Assembly: GCA_002269645.1 (NCBI GenBank)
Contig: NIVC01002786.1
Coordinates: 3,196 to 67,195 of the forward strand
Direction of reading: 5' to 3'
DNA: 64,000 bases
From: Macrostomum lignano
Lineage: Eukaryota
Both the position numbers and the translations under genes were made by a program. This document shows, in pieces, positions 12,188 to 24,100 of the stretch; position 1 is the stretch's first letter, and the number at the start of each line of letters is the position of its first letter. Below the pieces are notes generated by a model. It worked only from the letters and a program-made list of their open reading frames with translations, made no database searches and had not been told where the DNA came from.

Positions 12188-15100
12188 TCACTGATCAACA
12201 TTTCCGGAAGTGTTGCTGGAACTGCCAACCGGATCTCTGCTGCTCATCGCCTGCTGGAGAATTCTGTAGCTCTCAGACTCGGTCGAGAATGGATTTCCCT
12301 GCAAGGGAGTGGCAATTGCTGGCATTTGATTGTACACGGATAACTAGTACTACTGCAGCTAGATGATCGAGACCCTCAGCAGCATATTTGCCTGTAAGCT
12401 ACTACCAGCTCAGTAGTAATGAAACATTTTCAAGCATTTTTATAAAGACACGGCTTATTCATTGGCTCTACCAACATCGCGTCTTTTTACACAGAATCTC
12501 TACCCCAGGTGCCCCACCGCCCATGCAATTTTATTGCCTTCTTCAATGCTCCAGCCTAAAGCTGCAATGTACATTTCAGTGAACTAGCTAATGTACATTA
12601 TGGCTGAACGCGAATTAGCAAGTTTGTTTACGCCTGCAAGCTAGCGCCCTGCAGATAAAGACCTGTCTAGAGGCTCTCAGGAGAGCGCAAGGGCGCGCTT
12701 GTCGCACGATCATGAGCGCCCCTCCGTCTGCTCCTTACGATGGCCTCAACGCCTTCCTCAACATTCCTCCGCTGGACATCTTTGTCCGCAGGGAAGCGGC
12801 TAAGACTGCCCGCCGTCTAGCTGACGCTGGCATTCGAATCCAGCCCCATAGGGCCATGGCTAAGCGCAAGCTTCTGCCCCACGCTGACCTCTGCCTCAAG
12901 GACTTGAGAGACAGCGGCGGGCTCCACGTCCTATCTGACGGCGAACCCCGCACTCTCAACCTCTTTCAGCGCTACAAGGTCACCATCCCCTCTAGGGATG
13001 CTGCCAATGACCACTGGAATTTCCAGGAGGTCCATTGCTACACGGACGGATCCATCAAAGACGGTCGCGCCGGCTTTGGGGTCTGCATCATCATCAACGG
13101 CCGCGTAATTGCCACGCATGCCCAGCACACTGGTAGACTCTCCACAGTCTTCCAGAACGAAGTCCTTGCCATCAGCTCTTGCGCTGCAGAGCTAAACGCC
13201 AAGGTTACGAGAGGAAAGACTATTGTCATCCACTCCGACAGCCAAGCGGCCTTACAGGCCCTTTGCCACACCACAACGAACTCCCGGACAGTCGCCGACT
13301 GCGCCCGGCAGCTCAACCTCCTGGCCAGAAGCAATACTGTCAGGCTGAAGTGGATCCCAGGGCACGCAGGGTTTCCGGGGAACGAGCTGGCAGACACCCT
13401 CGCCAAGAGGGGCGGCTCTGGCTCTTTTTTCGGCCCTGCCCCCCTGGTCCCTATGCCCTTGACAGTCATCAATCGTCAGATCGACGACTGGGCTGACTCC
13501 CTCCACAGGGACAGATGGGCGGGCACCCAAAACTGCCGGCAATCTCGTGCCGCGGTTCCTTGCCCGTCTCACAGGCTCAGAAACATCCTTCTGAACCAGA
13601 ATCGGAAGGATATTCGAGCCCTTGTCATGACCCTTACCGGCCATGGCTACCTCGCCAGGCACTGCTTCCTCCGAGGCGACCTCGAGAGCGAAATTTGCCC
13701 CTTTTGCGAGTGCGACAATGAAGATGCTCAGCACTTTGTCTGTCACTGCCCTTTCTTTAACAGAGACCGGCTACGCTACCTCGGGCCGAACCCGTCCATT
13801 GACGAGGTTTGCCAGCCCGACAGCATCCCACGGCTCATCCAGTTCCTTCGGGCGACTAGACGAGCCAGTTTCTTCCCAACGGAAGATCACGCTGCAGGAC
13901 GGACCGGCGGACCACCCTGACCGGCCCCACGCCTCTGCCTGTCTGCGGGCCTTCAGGGGCTAGCGGAATGGGCGACCCTCGCCTCCCCGCTGTGTCTACG
14001 GACCACCCTGCAGCTAAGTCAAGTCAAGTCAAAGTCAAGTAAGGCCCCACCGCCCATGCAATTTTATTGCCTTCTTCAATGCTCCAGCCTAAAGCTGCAA
14101 TGTACATTTCAGTGAACTAGCTAATGTACATTATGGCTGAACGCGAATTAGCAAGTTTGTTTACGCCTGCAAGCTTGGGTTTTAAACTTATCAAAGTCAT
14201 TTCAGCTGGCTTTATTTTTACAAAATAGCTTATGTATTCTTCATAGCTACTGAACTAAAAGTAGACAGAGAACTGAGAGTCGGTGAAAGTCGGCTTGAAA
14301 CTTAAAATCAAATTCGAATAAAATTTCAAAAAAATGTCAGGATAAGATCATAGTGGGGGACTTTACAGCTTCCGTCTCACCTGTAGCAGAAGCTTCATCA
14401 GTCCCGTGCCGTTCACCTTCTGCTTGCTCATGTAGGCCAGCTGGTAACTGACGGCCGTCTTCCACTGCAGCACGCCTTTGTCCGTGATCAGGTTTCCTGC
14501 AAGCAAGATAAAGATTGAGCAGGGTTTTTGTGTCAGCGCGTGGCATGATGATGAGATATACCAACTTATCCTGAATTTTGACACCGAATGCCATATATTG
14601 GCACTCAGTTAATTCCAAGCTGTTTAATTTAGATTTCATATTTTCTGTAATTCCATATTTCATTTGAAGCGTTAATAGTTTTATACTTATTGTCTTACAC
14701 TCGATTTTCTTAGAAATGAGAGCTGGAAGCCAATATAGAACGTTTAAAGAAGTATATAACCTTTATGGCAGAAGGCAAATGGCAGAGAAAGGATGAGGAC
14801 GCGGTTCTCAAGCCTTAGATAAACGCGTCCAAAGTTTTTTGCCATAGACACCAAAAGAACAGGCAAAGATTATTGGTATAGATCATTGTATACTTAATCT
14901 ACAGATGTCAGAAGCCCCATCACATAAGCGTCTATGGCCAAGCCTCACTAAAACGAAGCCTGAGAACTCGAAACGAGGCCAATTAACCAGTTGACAGGAC
15001 CAGTTGACATCTAATTTGGTCCAACAAGCATCAATTTGGTCCAAACACTCGTAAGCCATTCGGGAAATTCTTGCCTTCTCGCAACCGTCTGCAGGTTGTT

Positions 15101-18100
15101 GCGTACTGCTGGAATGTCAGCGTCTCTATACCAACAATTTTCAGTCGCTTTTCCAGAGCTCTGGTAATAGTAAAAATCTGATAACCAACTGCAACTGTTC
15201 CTTCATCTTCTGCTGCATTTTCTGCAATATTAACAAAGGCTTCGTCTCAACTGCATTGAGTAGCAGCTGGACCTGAGGCTCTCACAACTTGCCTTGGCGA
15301 TAGTCATAATTTCGCAGGCTATCTCTGCCGGTAGAGTTTCAACGCACTGATGGATGCTGCATACCATATTTTCTTTTACATTCAGCAACCTTGCAATGTA
15401 CTTTGGGTGCTCACCTCTGTCGAGTGCTTCGATCACAAGCCAATGGCATTTGTTCAACAGCCCAGCATATATGGTCCACAATTCTCAGCAGTTGCAAATG
15501 CCCTATGGACCAAATTGATGCTTGTTGTACCAAATTAAATGCCGCTGTGCCAGCCTTGCTACCATAGACAAAAGCTCCGTTACATTGGCAAACCTATCTT
15601 GGATTAAAATAAATGCGCGTAGGCCCAAATGGGCCGCAAAAAGCTATACTAGAGATCGCATAGCGCTGAATTAAGTCCATAGACGATCCTTAATTAGCGA
15701 CCTTCAGCTCGGTTCTAAGAAAATCAAGTGTAGCTTATCCCCCTACTTCAAGCTGTCCATGAGGACGCTTAAAGCATCGCCCAGTACAAAAGTGCATCTG
15801 GATTAAAGTGGACGCACTCGATAGATTGAGCAGTGTCAGCACGTGGTTGCCAGGGACCAGCAGGTATCCAGGCGCGTAGGCCGTGTCCACTCGCTCGAGC
15901 AGTGGATGGTCAGAGTCGGGCGGCTGCGACTCCTGTTGGAATTGCGGCGAACAGAACAAATTTTAAACTGCATTGCGTTCAATAAAGATCCTGGATCCTA
16001 AAAAAGTCTCTGGTACTTTTGATCCATCTGTCGAAAATGCGTCTTTTCTCTCTTGAACTTCCAGACTTCCCGATGTTGACTGTCGCGGGCCGGAGCCAAA
16101 ATCGCTCGCTCTACAAGCGCCCAGTAAGTAAATTTTTGTGCATAAGCCCCAAATCAAAGTGGCTGCACAGGGAATCGAACTCAGGTACTAAATCGCACTA
16201 CTAACCGCTGAGCTATCCAGCCCCATACTTGGACGTCGGCTCTTGAAACTTTTATAGCAAAACTGATATTTATAGCAACTATTTTCTTAACTTGCTACTG
16301 AACAGACAGTTCAGTAGTACAAACAGATCAGCCGCTCACCTCCTGGTCCAGCTGCAGGGGCGTTGAGACTTTCACGCGGCCGCCACCGCTGCTGCTGCTG
16401 TTGTTGCCGCCCTTTCCTTTGCCGGACTTCAGAGTGGCTGCTGAACTTTTCGAATCCTTCTCGGAGGCTTGAGCACCTGCGGATTCGGTGTATACGTGCA
16501 CATGTAAATTGGAAAGCTGGTCTGTCTTCTTTAATTGGAAGAAATTAGCCAATGAGATCGAAAAAAATTGGGGCTGATTTAATGCGCAATTATAACAAAC
16601 CTTTTCCATTTCAACTTTACAAGCAGTAGAAGCATTTAAAAGTTGCACAAGTTAAAAATTAGTAGCGATGAAATTTTATTGACTACGCTACTTACAGTAA
16701 AGGATAAGGAAATTGTGCGAGAAATTGGGAAGATAAAGAATAAATATTCTACGTTACTACAGCTAAAATAATGAATTAAATTAATGACGACATCTCAGAA
16801 TAACTTTTCACCTTTTCCTTTGGCTTTAGAATCTTCTTTTTGAGCTTTGTTCTTGGCCTTCTCTTCTGGCTTTGCTTTGTCGTCCTGCAATTAAGGTAGA
16901 GTAGGGGAGATGAGACAGAGATGAAAGGTAGATGTGACTGAGATGAGATCGAGATGGATAGTAGATGAGATCTAGAGAAAGGGATGTAGGTGAGATCGAG
17001 ATGGGATGGAAATGAGACTGAGGTGGGAGGAAGATCGAGATGGGAGGGAGAGGGATAATAAACATGGTAGTTAGACGATAATCTGAGACAGGGACACGGT
17101 TCACATCTAAACGAAAGTACATCAAGTACTCTCAGCATTGTACTTAAAGTACGTGTCAGGAACTCTGATTACAAAAATCTAGAAGGGCAAGTAATATAAT
17201 AATAAAAGAGCTCACTAAACATGCGCCTAACATCACGCGTACCTTCTTTCCTTTTCCAGGCGTTTTGCCGGTGCCGCCTGTCCGTCCGAGCTTCTCCTGG
17301 CCGGACCGGACACTGACGGGCCGGTCGGCGGCGCCGCGGCGACTGGGCGGGGGCTGCGCGAGAGGCGAAAGGACGGGCCATGGACTTTTAATGAATGAAC
17401 TACTAAATGCCAGCAAGCTCATGCAGTTAGCTTATAATTAAGCTTAGTGATAGTTTTAAATCGCTGCGCAAAAATAAATATCGTTTAGCCCTGTCAAACA
17501 ATGCAGAATAACAAAGAGTACTTGCGTCATGCATTTGTTTAGTTTTGTTTTTCAATAAGTAAATCAAAAGTGAAATTTTAAGGGATTTTTTGTTTCTAAT
17601 TTTCCTCTCGTTACCAAGGACTCATTCTCGGAGGGCAACTCCGAAGAAAAGTTCAAAGTGAACTTCACTTGTCGCCTCTGCAAATCCAGGACGCAATGAA
17701 CTTTTGTTAAAGTAATTTGTTTTCTCATTAATCTCGTAATTACTCTCAAATTAAGAGAATTATGTTCACAAACAGATGTAAAGTTTTAGTCTGCAAGAGC
17801 AATTAAGAAGGCAAAAGGCCGAGGCTCATTGGCTCTTACCCCCAAGCTTAAACGGGTCTATGACATTTTCCCGCAAGAAGTTTTCCCGCTGAGGTTTTCC
17901 TCGCTGCGGGAAAATCTCGCGGGGGAAACCTAGGCGGAAAAACTTCCTGTAGGAAATTCTCGTGCTCCCGCCTAAACACTCCAACCGCGCCTTTCCACAC
18001 TACCCCCCGCCGCCGACCCGCTCCGCACCAATTTTTATTGCCTTTCTCGGAATTCCAGCCCAAAGCTGCCATGTACATTTCAGTGGACTGGCTAATGTAC

Positions 18101-21100
18101 ATTATTGCTGAACCAATTAGCAAATTGCTTACGCCTGCAAGCTTGGGCTTCTAAACTTATCGAAGTCATTTTAGCTGGCTTTATTTTTATAAAATGCTTA
18201 TGTACTCTTCTTTGCTGCGCTATTATAGTTGCTAACTGAATTGTTTACTCTACTTTTTTATAGTTTCAAACTAAAATTAAATACAAAACAAATTAGGCTT
18301 ATTTTCATTGCAAATGCATATTAGCAAGTGTGTTAAAAACAAATAATTATTTATCAATTAGCAATTATAACAATTAAAATGCAACAGAAACTATATTGCG
18401 ACTTAAAAATGAATTATGTCTATAGTTCCTCAAGCAGATAGTTAAGCAGCAAAACAGGGCGCCACTGTCATGTCATTATATTGTACTAAATTATAGCTAC
18501 CGTCACTGCTGATGACGAGGGCCGACTCTGACAGCTTTCTGGCTGCAAGAAATTTAAGAAAAATCAATCACTTCATGTACCTGTAAAGAGATTAAAATAG
18601 AAATTGAAACAGACAATTGCTAATTGTTAGCTGTTGCAGGCATAGAAAATCGAAAAATAACGTGTGCCAAAGTTAAAATTCGGTTATACTCGTGTAAATG
18701 TTTTTTAACTCAACCTCTGCTAGCTCTTGCGGTCCATGATTGGAACCCTGGAGGACAGGAGCGTCTGAGCACTTTTTGTCTTTGGAAGAGGGTAGCTTAT
18801 TGAACCCTGGATGAGGGAGGGTACTTCGTAGCTTATTGGATCCTGGATAAGAGTAACTTATTGAACCCTGGATGAGGGCAGCTTATTGGACCCTGGATGA
18901 GAGTAGCTTATTGGACCCTGGATAAGGACAGCTTATTGAACCCTGGATGAGGGTAGCTTATTGGACCCTGGATGAGGGTAGCTTATTGGACCCTGGATGA
19001 GGGTAGCTTACTGGACCCTGGATGAGGGTAGCTTATTGAACCCTGGATGAGGGTAGCTTATTAGTCCCTGGACGAGGGCAGCTTATTGGACCCTGGAGTT
19101 GTGTCTATGAAGGCCATAAAACCAACCGGATGGTTAACCGTAAATAAGAAAACAGTAAAAATGCAGATATTGTTCGAATCGTGGAGAAGATAAAAAAGTG
19201 AAGAGTTCAGTTTAGCCAGTTAGAACTCAAGTTTAGAATAGCAGTTTACAATGTACATGTACATAAGGAGACATAAAATACACATAGAACACTGAACTGG
19301 CGCCTCTGGTTCGACAGTCTCACCTCGGCCGACTTAAAACGATGCGTTTTAACAAATTTTCGAGTGTGAGTGAGGGGGAGAGTTGCGTCGTTAAACTCTG
19401 CTTTGCAGCGATCGAACTCGCAGCGATATTGGCACGGCTCAAATAACTCACTAATCGGGTGGCGGTGCTTCCAGAGAAAACTGACTGAGTGAGCAGGGTG
19501 GCATGCGAAGCGGTGAACTGGCTCGCGTCACCGCTGCTCAAGTCACTCACGCTGAGTCCTGTGCGTCTCTCCGCTGCGGTTGACAGAAGCCTGCGGCGTT
19601 CGACAGTCTCCTCGTGCGTCAGGTAGAACCTGGAGCAGGACTCGGCGAGGGCGGTGGCGCCCCGGTCTGACACGCGATTGTTGCTTAGCGACAGGTGGAT
19701 CAGGGTGCGGTTGGTGCGCAGAGCCTGTCAAGAGGGATGCCATTGTTTGTATTGGCTTTGCATGCAAGCATTGGGCAGCCAGGAAATGCTTTTACGTAGC
19801 TCTGTAAAATGAGATTTCAGTGGCTGAATGGGAGTGCAATTATCATAAGGGAGGGTTGTACTGTTCACAGGGAGGGTTGTACTGTTCACAGGGAGGGTTG
19901 TACTGATCACAGGGAGGGTTGTACTGTTCACAGGGAGGGTTGTACTGATCACAGGGAGGGTTGTACTGTTCACAGGGAGGGTTGTACTCTTCACAGGGAG
20001 GGTTGTACTGTTCACAGGGAGGGTTGTACTGATCACAGGGAGGGTTGTACTCTTCACAGGGAGGGTTGTACTGTTCACAGTGAGGGTTGTACTGTTCACA
20101 GGGAGGGTTGTACTGATCACAGGGGGGGGGGGTTGTACTGTTCACAGGGAGGGTTGTACTGTTCACAGGGAGGGTTGTACTGTTCACAGGGAGGGTTGTA
20201 CTGTTCACAGGGAGGGTTGCAATGATCCCAGAAGGGTTGCAGGGATCTCAGAAGGGTTGCAGGGATCTCAAAAGGGTTGCAAAGCTGCAGACCTGAGCCA
20301 GAGCCGTGGCCCCGCCGTCCTGCACGCAGTTGGAGGACAGGTCCAGCGACACCAGCTTCGATGGCGGGTCGCGCAGTCCGCTGAGCTGTTCGCTAATTCT
20401 CGCTGCACCAGCATCCGTGATCTGGTTGAAGCGGAGCTGCAGCTTGGTGAGGCTGGATGAGGATGTAGATGCATTGCTATTGAAAATTCTCGTATATCAA
20501 AACGATCATCAGCATTGTATGTGCAAGTATAGGAGCTATAAATCATAAGCCTGTTAGCTGTTAGCAGAAGGGTTGCAATGATCACAGGGAGGTTTGCAAT
20601 GATCACAGGGAGGTTTGCAATGATCACAGGGAGGTTTGCAATGATCACAGGGAGGTTTGCAATGATCACAGGGAGGTTTGCAATGATCACAGGGAGGTTT
20701 GCAATGATCACAGAGAGGTTTGCAATGATCACAGGGAGGTTTGCAATGATCACAGGGAGGTTTGCAATGATTGCAAATCTGCAAACAGAAATCCCAAATC
20801 TGCAATAAGAAATCCCAAATCTTCCATCAGAAATCCCAAATCTGCAATCAGATCCCAAATCTTCCATCAGAAATCCCAAATCTGCAATCAGATCCCAAAT
20901 CTTCCATCAGAAATCCCAAATCTGTAATCATATCCCAAATATGCAATCAGAAATCCCAAATATGCAATCAGAAATCCCAAATCTGCAATTAGAAATCCCA
21001 AATCTGCAATCAGAAATCCCAAATCTGCAATCAGATCCCAAATCTTCCATCAGAAATCTTAAATCTGCAATCAGAAATCCCAAATCTGCAATCAGATCCC

Positions 21101-24100
21101 AAATCTGCAATGAGATCTCAAATATGCAATCAGAAATCCCAAATCTGCAATCAGAAATCCTAAATATGCAATCAGAAATCCCAAATCTGCAATCAGAAAT
21201 CCTAAATCTGCAATCAGAAATCTCAAATATGCAAATCAGAAATCTCAAATATGCAATCAGAAATCTCAAATATGCAATCAGAAATTTCAAATATGCAATC
21301 AGAAATTTCAAATATGCAATCAGAAATCTCAAATATGCAAATCAGAAATATCAAATATGCAAATCAGAAATTTCAAATATGCAATCAGAAATCTCAAATA
21401 TGCAATCAGAAATATCAAATATGCAAATCAGAAATCTCAAATATGCAATCAGAAATCTCAAATATGCAATCAGAAATTTCAAATATGCAATCAGAAATCT
21501 CAAATATGCAATCAGAAATTTCAAATATGCAAATCAGAAATCTCAAATATGCAATCAGAAATTTCAAATATGCAAATCAGAAATCTCAAATATGCAATCA
21601 GAAATCCCAAACCTGCAATCAGAAAAGCCGAGCTCCTGCACTCACTTGCTGTCCACCCGAATCAGGTCGGCATAGTTCTCGTCAGTCACGTGACCATTTG
21701 CTTCGAGCGACAGACAGCGCACAGAGTCCAGCTGGCGGAGCAGCTCCGCCAACTCGGCGATGACTTCAGCGCTGGCGGCCACTCGCCAGAATCTGCAAAA
21801 TCAAATTAGTTGATGAGATGAAGTTCCCTGAGTCTGCTGAAGTGGCACAGGTCAGACCCCTGAGGAGTGGCACAGGTCAGACCCCTGAGGAATGGTACAG
21901 GTCAGACCCCTGAGGAGTGGCACAGGTCAGACCCCTGCAGATTGGCACAGGTCAGACCCCTGCAGAGTGGCACAGGTCAGACCCCTGCAGAGTGGCACAG
22001 GTCAGACCCCTGCAGATTGGCACAGGTCAGACCCCTGCAGAGTGGCACAGGTCAGACCCCTGCAGATTGGCACAGGTCAGACCCCTGTAGAGTGGCACAG
22101 GTCAGACCCCTGCAGATTGGCACAGGTCAGACCCCTGCAGAGTGGCACAGGTCAGACCCCTGTAGAGTGGCACAGGTCAGACCCCTGCAGATTGGCACAG
22201 GTCAGACCCCTGCAGAGTGGCACAGGTCAGACCCCTGCAGATTGGCACAGGTCAGACCCCTGTAGAGTGGCACAGGTCAGACCCCTGCAGATTGGCACAG
22301 GTCAGACCCCTGCAGAGTGGCACAGGTCAGACCCCTGCAGAGTGGCACAGGTCAGACCCCTGCAGAGTGGCACAGGTCAGACCCCTGCAGAGTGGCACAG
22401 GTCAGACCCCTGCAGAGTGGCACAGGTCAGACCCCTGTAGAGTGGCACAGGTCAGACCCCTGCAGATTGGCACAGGTCAGACCCCTGCAGAGTGGCACAG
22501 GTCAGACCCCTGCAGATTGGCACAGGTCAGACCCCTGTAGAGTGGCACAGGTCAGACCCCTGCAGATTGGCACAGGTCAGACCCCTGCAGAGTGGCACAG
22601 GTCAGACCCCTGCAGAGTGGCACAGGTCAGACCCCTGCAGAGTGGCACAGGTCAGACCCCTGCAGAGTGGCACAGGTCAGACCCCTGCAGAGTGGCACAG
22701 GTCAGACCCCTGCAGAGTGGCACCAGAGCTACAGAAATCTCACACAATGGTGTGCAGCCGATTCAGCTTCTCAAAACAGCGGCCGAGAGTTTTAAGCATG
22801 GGCAACTCCAGCTTCCAGTTTTTGGCGTGCACCTCGGACACCGTGTCCGGCTTGTCCGGATTCTCCAAGTCGATGTGGACGCAGGGCTTCATCAAGTCCA
22901 AGTAGTACTTCACTGTGAACGTCTTCGGCTTGAAGCCCAGCTGCTCGATAACGGCTGTTAGGCAAGGAAAATTTCGGTATGTAGGCCGTATTCAAAATGT
23001 GCTACTCTTCAGTAGAATGGTTGGGGTTTTAACTTTATTTAATGGTCGCTACAATGATGAAAATTATTTTACAAATGCTAGTCACGGAATTCGAGAAAAC
23101 TTGGGTTTGAGTAAAAATTCGATGCATTCCAAAATTCACTCTCGAAGTCTGCAGGCTTTGGTGACTACGAGCTATTAAGTAGTATGCGTCAGTAGTGAAT
23201 TGTAAAAAATCTGTTGAAAACTTCATGTCAGTAAGTGTTACGCTTGGATACATGCTGCCATACTCGATTATTTGTGAGAATGATTTCGGTGACGTGAATA
23301 TACATTTTAGTGACTGATTCGCGGTGAAGGCAAAAACAACAGATACTGTAATATCTAGATGAGCCACTCATCCTACAAGCAATTGGCGTGTAAGCTACTT
23401 CCGTTCAGTAGTAAGTTTATTTCTCGTAGAAGCATTTTAATGTATTTTAGGACAAGACACGTTTATTGGCCCCTCACCCTAGCCGAACCCTTCAACAAGA
23501 CCTCTTCTACCCCACTCAATTTTTATTGCCTTCCTCGGTTTTATAGTCGCATGTACATTTATTTACATTTCAGTGGCGCGCTGGCTAATGTACATTACGG
23601 CTGAACTAATTAGATATTTGTTTACGTCTACAAGCGTGGCTTGCTTTATTTTTTATAAAACAGCTTATATACTCCTTTTTTCTACTGAACTGGAAGTAGA
23701 AAGTTGTTTTACTACTATGCATTTATGCCTAAGTGGCCCATCTAGTTTTAGTATCTGTGGGTAAAGGAGATTTCACTTTAAATCTTTGGCTTGCATTGGC
23801 TATGAATAAAAAACTACTGGAAGCAGGCCTGTAATGCTCCCTCATCTTGCTCGTGGATGTCCAATAAAGTTGTCTCTGTTTACCTGCATCGTCAACAGCC
23901 TGGTGGCTGCTGCATTCTTCCAGCACGTCAGGGTCTTGAGCACGGGGAGGTGGAACCAATGAGAACTCAATTAGCTTAATTTAAATAGCATGCAATTTAA
24001 CTTCAGAATCTGCAACATGTGCCTGTCCCCTCCGACAGGTGGGACTTAAACAGGTGGGATACCCCTACAACAGGTGAGATTCAAACAGGTAGGGATATCC

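Noticed and set aside
13921-14020. HDV-like ribozyme in the LINE 3' UTR (GCGGAATGGG, GCCTCCCCGCT, GCTAA)
   Set aside because: The P3 and P2 pairings could not be completed by eye, and such ribozymes are normally at LINE 5' ends.
20300-20320. Frameshift in LRRC71 exon 6
   Set aside because: Adding one G to a G run gives QDGGATALAQ and the correct splice phase, which is a typical homopolymer error.
21841-22720. CRISPR-like arrays (also 30760-31345, 44355-45515, 57935-58650, 60340-60972)
   Set aside because: Units are head-to-tail with no unique spacers, the context is eukaryotic and there are no cas genes.
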